DNA of 54,617 nt from Octopus bimaculoides. Taxonomy: Eukaryota. Positions 11,459 through 23,853 of this stretch are shown piece by piece. The translations under genes were made by a program, and so were the position numbers. Below the pieces are notes generated by a model. It made no database searches and was not told the DNA's origin. It saw only the letters and a program-made list of their open reading frames with translations. The stretch covers positions 74,722,948 to 74,777,564 of the forward strand of contig NC_068985.1 of assembly GCF_001194135.2 (NCBI RefSeq). Direction: 5' to 3'. Positions within the stretch are counted from its first letter, which is position 1, and each line of letters starts with the position of its first letter.

Positions 11459-13340
11459 ATTCGTTATTAACCATTACAGTTAAAGATACAGTGGGGACGA
11501 AACAAGGGCAGACAAACAATACGGAAGGGTAAAATTAAAACTAATATAAAAATGAAAGATAAAAATTAAGGGGGAAATGGAGCGATAGATACGAGGGGCC
11601 CCAACAACCACGCATCATCACTGAGCCTTATTCAGATTACAATATTTCTTGTGGTAACATACAATTAAAAGATTTGAAAGGTAAACTTGGAACAACGTTA
11701 TAGCAAATCCATGCAAAAATTAAAAAAACAACCTTTCATACTCTCCCTTGAAATACTCCCAATTGCACCGTCCATTACTTTTAATACCTCAAACATACAG
11801 TTCTCATTCGAACTTATTTTAAAATGGTTTCTAACACTTAATTTAAATTACTTTTTTAATTCATCCATAAAGTTCCTTTGTATTTTCGGATGGAGAGGGT
11901 TTGATATGTTCATTTGTGTCTCTGAGTTGGGTTTACCGGGTAATCATTCGATGATATCTCCTTTGTACATGGCTCATATCTGTCTAGCGAATAAATTGTT
12001 GGTGTCTTTGCGTGGAGTGTGTGGTTTGTTATCGTCTATGTTTACTGTTTCAAGGCTCTGTGTGTGCACTGTGTCTACTGATTTTTTTCACATTTTTATG
12101 AGTGCGAGGTTGGGTGTCTTTTTCTTTCTTTTTGCTTTCTTTTTTCTCTTTACATCTGTCCATTTGTCACTGCTTTCATCCGGTGTTGAATCCACTTGAG
12201 TGCAGGGTGAGGGTGGGGCAAAGAGAGTTTATGGGGGAATTTGATGGGGCCCAGGCTCTTCGTTTACTTTTTTGGTTTCTTCTACGCTTTTTCCTACCGT
12301 TTTCCATTCTTCACTTGTTGTTTCTATTTCAACGTTCTTGTTGACTTGTGCTGGCATCGGAATCGCAGCTTCCGAGCTTTCGTTATTCTCTGCATGTGGT
12401 GAGGGGGCAGCTTTCCTTAATGTGACCCTTTTGGCCACGTTTGTATCAACGTGGGACCTGCCTTCCGCTTTCGCTCTTAATATAACGTCCTCTATGGAAA
12501 AAGTTTCAATAAGTAATTCTAGGGCTTCCTGGGAGGTCTGAATCGATATCGCCAGGCTCTGCCCTTGCCAAATTTTGCATAAGGGTATACTTTGCTTTCT
12601 ACAAGGTATACTTTGCTTTCTACAAGGTATACTTTGCTTGTAGAGCAGTGATTTTATCCTCTACTCCTAGCAGTATTGCTAGGCTACTTCAATTTACGGG
12701 GGAATATCATGAACACTTACCCTAAAAACACGTTTTCCAAGGCAAACGGATAGAAGCGCCCACTCTTCCGTTCTCATTGGTGTCGCAGAGTGTAGCCTGA
12801 CGATGGCTGCATCTCGAAAGTGCACCTTCCACGGTTCCAAATTTACGTACCTTGCTGAGATTTATCACCTCCTTCCATATTGGTTGCAGTGCATTCTCAA
12901 TCAGGCCAACCTCAATTGTACCTACGAATTTCCTCTCTTTTACATAGTAAGTTCTATAATAGATAACTTTTTCACGTTCATACTGCAATTTTTTGCGGGT
13001 AGAAGACACTTTAACATTTTGTCCTTCCCTTGTTAAAATTCCTTTATACATACCAATGTCATTTAAGTTATTTTCTCTCATGTGGAGATTTGTCGCTTCT
13101 GCAAAATTCAAGGTCTTCCTCTTCTCCTTCTTTTTCCAGGCATCCGGCGATCTCACGAGTTCTTCTTCCGAAGACGTGTACTCTGATGAGCTTAAACTTT
13201 CATTTATGTTTCATTATTCACCAAACGACTGGCACGGGCAGCCACAACACTTTCTCGAAAAACAAAAGAAGAGTTCCTTCCACAAAATCAATTCAAGAAC
13301 GGTGCAAAGAATTCAACAGCAGTAGCAAAACGCGTCCGAC
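11459..13340 (-). mobile_element. Non-autonomous L1/Tx1-like retroelement apparently encoding only a gag-like ORF1 (HAL1-like), decayed
   Basis: Flanked by a 6-bp direct repeat AACTCT (11453-11458, 13341-13346); ORF 12722-13156 continues into a decayed CCHC knuckle GRQVPR*YKRGQKGHIKESCP (about 12405-12465); no RT or endonuclease motif was recognised. Confidence 0.7.
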
Positions 13341-13620
13341 AACTCTGATAGCCGTTTGCAAACTGTAGGCGGTTTCGAACTGACGTTCCGTGGGTTACAA
13401 GGTTGTTTATATAGCAAAAGATTTTTTCTTACAAGTATACAAAAACAGAAAATAAAAGACAGAAAAAAATTGTTTAAAAGAGTAAAAAAAACTAATATAA
13501 AAATAATATTAAAAATAATAAAAGAATACAAAATGTAAATTCAACAGTATGTGTGCAAAAGAAGAATGAAAAGACGAAGAAAAAAGAAAAAAAAAGGAAA
13601 ACAGAAAAAGGTGGGAGTGT
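13341..13620. repeat. Inner part of the left arm of the inverted repeat
   Basis: aaggttgtttatatagcaaaagattttttcttacaagtatac...caacagtatgtg is the reverse complement of 14100-14258. Confidence 0.85.
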
Positions 13621-14039
13621 GTGATATACAAATGGATATTCATATGAAGATAAGTGAATGTGTGTGTATGTCTGAGTGTGTGTGTGCAATTGCATGTATA
13701 TATATGTAAGTAGATGCAGGTGTATGTATGGGTGGGTTTGCGAATGTGTGTGGATGTATGGGTATATATGTGTATGTGGATGTATGTATGTGTATATATG
13801 TGTGTTTGTGTGTGACAAAATAAGGGTAAACCATGCCAACTATGAAAATGAATAAAATGACCTGAAATCAAAAGATTCACAAAGGTAATTTTTTGACAAG
13901 AACTTAACAACATTTTGACCCTTCCTAAAAATATTCCATTTCTTTATTCCTGATACACTAATGTCTTCTCTATCATTTCAACTACTTTTTGTCTTCTTAA
14001 CTTCCACATTTTTCTTTTACTTTTACATTTTCTTTTCTT

Positions 14040-14395
14040 CCTTGTTTTCTATTTCTTCTTTTCTTCCTTGTTTTCTATTTCTTCTTTTCTTCTATTTTCA
14101 CACATGCTGTTGTATTTATTCTTTGTATTGTTTTATTATATTTTATATTAATTATTATATTAGTTTTTATACTTTATACTTTTTTTTATCTATTATTTTC
14201 TATTTTTATTTTAATTTGTATACTTGAAAGAAAAATCTTTTGGCATATAAACAACCTTCTAAACTACAGAATTCAGTTTGAAAACGGCTATCGAAAAGCT
14301 CGACACTCATTAGAGTAACTGTAATCATTATCTTTAAAATAAAAATATCACTCCAAACGCCATCTCTACTCATTTTTAAAAATATATTATACTGT
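14040..14395. repeat. Right arm of the inverted repeat (uninterrupted)
   Basis: Matches 13341-13620 and 11350-11458 as one continuous stretch in inverted orientation. Confidence 0.85.
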
Positions 14396-14923
14396 ACCAG
14401 GAACTTTTCTATTATTCTACTATATATATATATACAGAGAGAGAGANNNNNNNNNNNNNNNNNNNNNNNNNNNNNNNNNNNNNNNNNNNNNNNNNNNNNN
14501 NNNNNNNNNNNNNNNNNNNNNNNNNNNNNNNNNNNNNNNNNNNNNNNNNNNNNNNNNNNNNNNNNNNNNNNNNNNNNNNNNNNNNNNNNNNNNNNNNNNN
14601 NNNNNNNNNNNNNNNNNNNNNNNNNNNNNNNNNNNNNNNNNNNNNNNNNNNNNNNNNNNNNNNNNNNNNNNNNNNNNNNNNNNNNNNNNNNNNNNNNNNN
14701 NNNNNNNNNNNNNNNNNNNNNNNNNNNNNNNNNNNNNNNNNNNNNNNNNNNNNNNNNNNNNNNNNNNNNNNNNNNNNNNNNNNNNNNNNNNNNNNNNNNN
14801 NNNNNNNNNNNNNNNNNNNNNNNNNNNNNNNNNNNNNNNNNNNNNNNNNNNNNNNNNNNNNNNNNNNNNNNNNNNNNNNNNNNNNNNNNNNNNNNNNNNN
14901 NNNNNNNNNNNNNNNNNNNNNNN

Positions 14924-14966
<43 letters not shown>

Positions 14967-15129
14967 ATATACGGCGTAGATGGAGCTTCAGTTTTTAACA
15001 AAACTGTGGTGAAGGCACTCTATCTAGGAGACGGTAACTCTGAATTCAAATCCTTCACTCCTGTCATCTGGCTAGCCTTTCGTTAGGAATCTCTGATATA
15101 AAACCTGCGATTTCACATGCCTCGTATGT

Positions 15130-16200
15130 TCTATTTTGGGGATCATACTTATTAGTTTAGAGAGTGGGATAAGTTGTATGCAACATTTCTCCCCACTTCA
15201 AAAAAGGTCAGTTGTTGCTTGAAAGGAAAAAGGAAATGAACAAATTGCATGTACATGGCTGGCGAAGCCTAAAAAGGCGCAATCAAACTATATGAGTTGA
15301 TATTGATATTGAAGTAAATGGCAAAAAGGGCCCTGGAAATTCTGTTCTGTGGTCTAGAACGGTAGGTGTCCTATGGCACCATAGCCTGGGTCCATTCGTC
15401 ATTCTGCAACTGTGAGCAAATTCATGTCAAGGTGTAACTCTCAAAGCCTCTTTCGAAACATTCTGTTCTGCCGTTAATACTTCTTTAAAGCCAGAGTTAC
15501 ATTGTCTTATACCATATACTGTTGCTCCCAGAAGCGTTCCATCATTGAACGGTGCAGGTAGAAATCAGAGAATGCCAATAGATCTGAGTTGTGCGCTGAA
15601 TGGAGGCACTGACTGGCTCAATTTCCCGCGTGCCGGATTTGTAACTGAAGATATGTGTAGTCATGCATTTTCATTATATGTGTCGATCACTTTCTGACTC
15701 TAGCGACCATTTTCAGATCCGCCTAATAGATTTTCTCTGCATTTAAGTACTTCATTGACATTGTCACTAATAACGGTATAGGCACACTCTAGACAATCAA
15801 GGAGAATAACAACTTTATCATCCTCAAAATCTGTCAACATGACGTTGCGTGTCTTCAGTCTCTTAAAAGTTTTAGACTTTGCAAACGAGGTGTTATGTCA
15901 TTCCTTTTTCACAGCCTTTGCTTTCAGATCCCAATGCTTCGTTTCATTCCTTATCAAAAATCGAAAGAAATATCTTCATTGACTTCAAACTCTTCCAGAA
16001 GGTTCGAAATGAGATACTCACTTACCTCGTTGAAATCGGGTTTCAGATGCCGAGGCATAAATCGTAAGTTAGTAGATTGTAACTTCCTTACGACAGGCGA
16101 TTGTATCATTGGTAGCAGCTGATGGTATTCCACTTAGAGGCCACTTTTCAATGCTGGTTTGCACTTCTTAACGCTTCTGCTCATATTTCTTTTGTCAATG
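15130..16200 (-). mobile_element. Old LINE reverse-transcriptase remnant (RTE-like)
   Basis: Frameshifted motif traces such as GIRQ.(D)TLA, SDF...HRSMM and ASHVH; heavily degraded. Confidence 0.4.
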
Positions 16201-19200
16201 ATATCATCTCCACAAATAACATGTAGTTTCTTTGGTTTTATTTCAAACGGAACATTTCCTTTATCAAAACCCATTATTCGTTTGGAACTCACTATTTATA
16301 TACGATGAACAACAGCAGGAAGGAGACAGAGAAGAAGTACTATAGAACCTGAATTAACCTAAGAACACTTGGAAATTGAAAAAACTATGTCCGCGGATAA
16401 ACTATGTATGCTCCATTTTGCTTTACTTTTGTTAGAAGACTGGTATATTTGGAATTCAAATACATACTATTGTTTGTTTTTATCCCTAATTATTGTTAGC
16501 AGACTGTTATTAAACTAACCTTCTTTTTTAATGCATTAAACACTTTGGAACCAATATTTAACAAATATATTTCTCGACCAAAACACGTTTCCCGAGAACT
16601 AAATGAACCTAGGAGCGAACTGAGATATAAAATTGAAACAAGATCTTTTATATCGAATCCTACTGAAATATGTAAAAAGTAGAAATGTTTTTTCACGCCA
16701 TGCTTTTAATATTGTAAACTTATGAAATGTGACAGCATCGCAGTCAGATGCATTTGTACTACTAGTGTGTCAGCAAGGGAGATAATAGAGGGTTTTTGGA
16801 CATGCTAAGAACAGCCAAAATACACGCACAAGGCTTAAGGTTTCAAACAGGAAGCACGCATGGGATAATGTCATCCTTGATAAAGAAGTAAAAGTGTTGG
16901 AAATATTTTGATCATATGGCTGTTCATTAAATGTTGATCTTGGATTACACAATATCCGATGGGTGTAATATTTATTTAGTGTGTATACTACATAATGAAC
17001 ATCAGCATATTCAATGTTATCTGTTTAGAGACATCATGCATAATGTTCCCATTTATATTTATTTGCATTTAAAAAACAAAACTTTTGGAATGATAGTAAA
17101 TCCTTATAGAACAATAGGAAAATAGTACTAGTATATCCATTACAACTACCGTCTTATATTTTGCATTGAGAACTCACAGATTTATATGTATGAAAGAAAG
17201 AAGAAAGGTATCATGCCAAACTTTGGTTTTACTATATAAGAATATCCAGTTTTTTGGTATATGGAAGGTATGGAAGTATATGATTTTGATTTTTCTAACT
17301 GAGACTTATGCATAACATAGATCATAGCTAAAATTTCAAATGCACATCATGCATAGCATTGCATGTCACTGACACACTGTAAATGTCAAGAAGTATTTCC
17401 GTTTCATGAAATAAGAATATTTTTATGTGATCTACAGAGTTATTACCACTAATACTATGGATTATAGAAATCTGCAACACAGTGGACAAATCAGGACATT
17501 GTTTAAAAGTCAATATATATGAAATGTTTAAAACACAACATAGAGTTGTGTTATTGCCTCCACGACTAAAAATGCTTTAAGAACACTTTCATCTTTAATA
17601 TGGTGGCCACTGTTATTTGCAATTAATCATATCTTCTGCAGAGCGGAATGGAAAACATCTACTTATTTCTTATAGTTATTCAAGGCAGGTGAGAACAGCA
17701 TCGCCTGTGTTATATTTAATTGAAATTTCGATTTTACGCGGTAAGGACAAAAATATTAAAACACGGGAGAATACTGTTAATGTAATATGATCTTTAGCAG
17801 GGGCAAAAATGTCATGTACTTATTTTAAAACTGCTCCCCGGTGAACGAGATAAATGATTTAACCGATATCCATATTTCTCATTTTTTTGCTTTTCTATTA
17901 GATTCGAATTATTCCTAACAGTTTTAAGATGCACTGACATTCTAGATTCTTTGTATACATTTTACTACTAAACTGACATTTGCCTTTCTCATCTTGATGA
18001 GTTTCATTATATGCATTTTTTGAAGCTGCAAAATATCAGATATATACAGTGCTATATATCAGTAGTCAAATGACAAATGTTTATGTCAAGCAAGGCAGGA
18101 AAACGTATGACATTCCCTCAAATGTAATTTCCGACAGTGAAATCGCTAAATCACTTAAAAGTGTGCTTTACATATCATGTACGCACTGAAAAAAAAACTT
18201 CCATTTAAGAATATGAATAAAAATTGGAAACAAACTTAGACACATATAAATAGAAAATATATTGCTGCTGCATAATGCAGAGCTGTCGTTTATTTAATCA
18301 AGGTAGAACAACGATTTCTACTGTGATTTTCTTCTTTAACTGTTGAAGAAGGAGGCAGTTTGAGTATCATAAGCTTAAAAATAACTCATGGGCTATATAT
18401 AACCCGCGACGGCAATCAACGATATCTGTTTCTCTACATGAAACTTAAATTATAAATAGAATTTTAACTTCTGCGGAATTTTCCTTAGGTTTTCTCAATA
18501 GCAATAGTCTATAAATACTATTGCAGAATGTTTTCACCCGTCGGAACAACAACTTGCGGCCCTTATTCTCCAAAACATTTCTTTAATGAAAATACCTTGA
18601 CTTAATACATCTAACCATTAAAATTCTATACCATTCTCATTGTTGGCTGTTTCCTATAATTCTTTAAAGTTTTTATTCCTGTAATTCTTTTAAGTATTAA
18701 TTTACGAAACTGCATTTTATTTCTCCTTTTATTTCTAAAATAATAACAGTCATGTTTTCTTAATTTTATGTTTTATTTTTTTGACGGGGATTTCTTAATG
18801 GGATCGAAACATTTCTGAATGTGTAAACATCGCACTAGTGCAGTCTTGATCACTATTGCCTATTTATTAAAATTTTTGGATTGTTTTTTCTGTGGTTTGC
18901 ATAAAAATTGTTCCCATAAATAAGGTTTGTAATTTTAATGAAATTTTGTAACATTCTGCATCATTTATGATAACGACTAATTTTACTTTTAGCTCATCGT
19001 GCTGCGAGTGCTCGGTTATTTCTGAAGTCATCAATTTAAGTTATTACACAAGTATCTATTCATTGGCACCAAGAAAAATATAAAGGAATCCTCTATATTT
19101 CTACTCATTGTTTAACCCGACATTTAGGTTTAACCTATTCTTTGTAGATGAGGAGAGAAATATTACAAAATTGATATGATCCTGGTAATGATCATGCTTA

Positions 19201-21243
19201 GTATTTGTTGCGTCCATATTTAATTTTAATAACGATATTGTTGTTACCACCTGTCTGTTTCGATCGAAATTAGTCATATTATATAAACAAAACGCATTTA
19301 GAATATAATATTCAGACGTATGTGTCATCTTAATATTATATTGTTTTCAAGTTTGTGTAATTACTGATTATCTTACATGAAACTTCGAAATATCTCGTGA
19401 AACCTCGAACTATAATATCATCTTAAGATAGTTATGTAAAAGGTAATTGAATTTTCGTATTTTTTCCTATACTATTTTCAATAGTAGCAATCATTTATCA
19501 CAATAAACGTATTTTACTTTCAAAAAAGGTAACTGCATTCCATACCAAATTGTATAATTAGAACAAAGGTATTTATACTTTATTTCATGAATTTGCAAAC
19601 CACAAAACTTTTTTGCTCGTTTTATACTTTTTTTTCGATTTATAAAGTTGTTAAATCAACATTTTTTTTTATTTCTTCAGTAAATATATATAGTCCTTTC
19701 CTTTATAACCAAAATATTTATTTTTGTTGTATAAATGCATAAACAATAATATATTCCGTGGCATTGTATTGTAATTTATTTGATAATAAATTGTCTATGA
19801 TTAGAAGTTATTGTTTCCTTAAATGCTGAACGTCGATAATAGGATAAATACTTATGATGAGCGTATGGTACAAACGACGGCACATCGTTTGACAAAAGGC
19901 CATAAACGTTCACTTCTCTATGTCCTAAACGAGACAACTCGTCCTTTGTAATCTTGATGGAAAGATTAAATACCACAGCTTATGGAGAACAAATCCTCCC
20001 TTTGACTGACCAAGAATTGGCTCATGTAATGATAATCAATATCTCGTTAGCGAGAAGTTTTAGTTTCTTTAGTCTTTATATTTACATTGTTATTTACAAT
20101 GTTATAAACCTGTCAATTAGTGATCCATTGGTTTATGAAATGCTCTGCCTTGGCTCCCACTCAACTATTTTTAAAACATTTTAACTGAATTGTACAAAAG
20201 TTTTAACAGCTAGTTTCTAGTTAGACGACACTATCGCATATGGTATAACAAGGATTTCACTTATCTTGTGTACATTCGCTCTAGCTATACATTGATATTC
20301 TTCTCAATCATCTAACCATACACAGGCAATATATGAATTTCTGCTGGGACTGAGCAATCTTGCATATTGTTTTTTACTCAAATAATCTTTATGTTTACAT
20401 TGTTTCAAATGTTATGTAATGGTCTAAGACAACAATAAGCTCTTGTTTACTGTATCATTAAAGCAAATGCTTCTTCATACATACCTGCATTAACGATATT
20501 ACCTACCCGAAACTGATGATGCAACGGAAATCGAAATATATCTTGAAGTAATACTGATTTTAATGGGGCGAAATGATAAAAATTCTCTTTAGCCCGAATT
20601 GACAACATTCATATACTAACTTATTCTGTAGACAAGTTTGTTTCTTCAGGGGCATATTTCATATAGGCACCAGTTTATAGAAATACATTTATAAACGATA
20701 TAGCGAAATGTACAGATAATATAAATCATGTACTTCTTATTTATAACGAGAATAATTTGAATAACTTTAAAATTGTGAGCTCTTCAGAAGAGAAATATTT
20801 TTTTCAGGTTGTAATATGAGTTGCATTGGAATATCAATTTAGACTTGAAGAGCTGTGACAATTCTTAATTTTATTTTCTATTTTGACTACATATGTTCTA
20901 AAAAAAACATGCAATTATAATTGTGTTAACATATCCTGATATAACATATCCTGATATATTTCCAGCTGCAATTTAAATTCTATTGGTTTAACGGGATATT
21001 GGAGATAAACAGCAAGAAGGAGAATCACACTTTAAGAAACATTTTTGTACGAATGCTGGTGGCATTAAATCGAGTTTACATTTATGGAAATCGGTGTTCT
21101 ATTGTGCCGAATCCAGTGATGCTGGTTACCGATTTAAAAAAAAATCATTTTACTAAGTGATTTTAGACAATCAACTTATTGATATTACCTCATGACAGTG
21201 AAACTGTGCTGATATCAATGACGAAGGGAACATGTCCGCCTTT

Positions 21244-22500
21244 TAGGGTTAATACGCTGATTATGAAGAAGTAATGGGGAAGTAATGGTCGAGCTCTGAA
21301 ATCTTTCGTGCATTAATTTCGAGTTTTCTTATTAATTACTACATTCTTTCTTTTCAGGTAAACAGACAGCTGATTGTTCAAAGATTTCAAATGTAACTAC
21401 TAGCTACTCCTCTTAAAAATCAACAAAAAATTGGCATTGTAGTGTTTTAAAATACCTAAACAAAACATTATTTATACCCTAATGTCATGTGGACATAGCT
21501 GATACGTTAGGGGATGACGCTCCAGCTTATTAACTGTGCTAATTTGGGCAGCTGAACTTAGGAGGGAAAGAAAGAGTCTTGAAGGTAACCCAAATTCAAC
21601 TGCCACCACCGAGGAAAGCTCACTGCTCTAGTTCACCTCATAGTGATGGATGACAAGCTATTGACTATAAAATCAAATAGCGTATGTTATAACATATCCT
21701 GTGAGAGAGTTCAGCATATTCCGCCCAATGAAATTGGCATGATGATGGTTCCTGATGGGTGTGTGCCACATCTTCTGACATCTGATCCAAAGTTACCAAT
21801 GCTGATCACATCAGGATGAGATCTGACATTGTCAGAATCAGATTCATTTCTTGAACACTCCATGACCCAAGATAATTGTTGAATGCATCACTTTGCGCCC
21901 CAGGAACAAAGAGACAATCGACGCAGGAAAAACACTACTCCTCACCTGCTCCAACGACGGTCAAGTTTGTTTCATTTGTAGGGAATTTTATGGCCTCAGT
22001 CTTCTAGGATGCAGATATAATTGTCTTTATTGAACACATTCAAAAGGGTCGCACCATCAATGGAGCATACTACGGCAACTTGCTGAGGCAGTTACGAAAA
22101 ACTCTCAAGCCCGAAGACAGAGAAATACTGTCTCATCAGGACAATTCTCCAGAACACAAATCCTTGGTATCAATGTCTACGCACTTGACAGTGGTTTTCA
22201 ACTGGTTGATCAGTCTCCTATCCTCCTGATTTGGCTCCATCTCACTATCATCTGTTCCACATCAGGAAAATTACTTGGCTTCGAACTAGTATCACAATAA
22301 TGGCGACATTATATCATCTGCTGGTGGTGGCTTTTTTTATCAACAGGAAGTAAACCTTTTCACCAATGGGATCACGCATTGCAACATTGATGGAAGAAGT
22401 TTGTGGATCGCAAGGGGGGCTATATTGGAAAACAAACCTAAATTGGTCACATTCTGTGAGAATATCTTGGTTAACATATGAACCTTTCAGCCGACCCTCG
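21244..22500 (+). mobile_element. mariner (DD34D-type) DNA transposon, decayed
   Basis: TLGDDAPA, VPHLLT, MASVF*DA, GRTINGAYYGNLLRQLRK, HQDNSPEHKS, PDLAPSHYHLF, QH*WKK.VD motifs across shifting frames; right end ...tcagccgaccctcg followed by TA; left TIR partly deleted. Confidence 0.9.
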
Positions 22501-23059
22501 TATTTGCAAAAAACGTAAAAACGTATTCATTATGAACAACACAAAACGCAAAAGAAAGGAGGCACTAAACATACAAATTCACTAAATTTACAAAATCGTA
22601 TACGCGTTCAATAAGATAAATATAATAAACTATCATTACGTAGTGCGTTTATTTGATATCCTCTTGTTAGTTAGCAGATTTCATTGTCTTGAACAGTATG
22701 CCGATGGGTTTCAATGACAAACTGAAGTGGTCGTTGACGATGTCTGGAGGGTTCGGGCTGCCTTAAAAAAACATTTATTCGTTCGGAATGATTCTTCTTT
22801 TTGGCCATGACTAGCACTTTACAGATTTTTTTTCCAATACTGAACACAATGGACCCTGCTACATTCAAGACGACGCGGTAGATGACAAGAAGCACGATCG
22901 CGTCAGGCTTCCCTTTTTCCTTATTATATATAGAGAAAGATTGATCGGAATCCAGCATATTGATGCTAACGATTTGCATTAAAGAAAACTGAGGAATTTA
23001 AAATTTAATTTTTATCAGGAAATATTTTCGCACGCTGCAAGAATTGATAATATAATCAT

Positions 23060-23264
23060 TTCTACTATAGGCACAATGCCTGAAAATTTGGGGGAGGGGG
23101 CTAGTCGATTACCTCGACCCCAGTGTTTAACTGGTACATATTTTACCGACCTGAAAGAATGAAGCATAGTCAACCTCGGCGGAATTTGAACTCAGAACAT
23201 AGCAAAGGCGCAATGCCGCTAAGCATTTCGTCCAGGGTGCTAACGATTCTGCCAGCTCGCCACC
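23060..23264 (-). mobile_element. tRNA-derived SINE (GGTGGCGAGCTGGCAGAATCGTTAGCAC head family)
   Basis: Minus strand has an A-box-like head and B-box-like GAGTTCAAATTCC; three copies in the window. Confidence 0.88.
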
Positions 23265-23303
23265 ATTAACTGACAGTATGATACAATAGGGAGTGTCTAT
23301 ATT

Positions 23304-23520
23304 CTTTTGTACTCAAGGCACAAGGCGCAAAACTTTGGGGGAGGAGGCCAGTCGACTAAATATTCTCCAGTACGCAATTGCTACTTAATTTATCAACCTG
23401 AAAAGATGAAGGGCAAGGTCGACTTCGGCGGAATTTAAACTCAGAACATAAAGGCAGATGAAATACTGCTAAGCATTTCGCCCGGCGTGCTAACATTTCT
23501 GCCAGCTCGCCACCTTTAAC
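23304..23520 (-). mobile_element. tRNA-derived SINE, same family, with a 13-bp TSD
   Basis: Perfect GAGTGTCTATATT at 23291-23303 and 23521-23533. Confidence 0.92.
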
Positions 23521-23853
23521 GAGTGTCTATATTAGCATTACGTCATAATTCGGGACGTAATTTTGTCTTCTTAGAATTTCCTTTATTTGCCATTTTTCTA
23601 GATATATCAATGATACTATTATTACCGTTGTGATGAGATGCATATTTTGTTTGTGGCAACGATTAGTATAATTTATCATAAATGAAAACTTGCCTTGAAT
23701 TTCTCTGCCAGGCATCAAATATAAATTTACGACAAAGACCCCCTCCCACACACACACATAGAGTAAAAGGTAGGAGATTATTTTCCGAAGGCTAGAATGA
23801 TGACGTTTATCTCTCTGGCATTTGAAATCAGAAAGTAACACGACGAGAACCTA

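Noticed and set aside
13184-13200. CTGATGAG as a possible hammerhead box
   Set aside because: No stem II plus GAAA follows; it lies antisense within the gag-like ORF
19776-20184. Overlapping short ORFs on both strands
   Set aside because: No recognisable motif or splice support; probably an old repeat that I could not classify
21347-21365. tttcttttcag|gtaaac as a host exon or recursive splice site
   Set aside because: Lies inside the 5' leader of the mariner element
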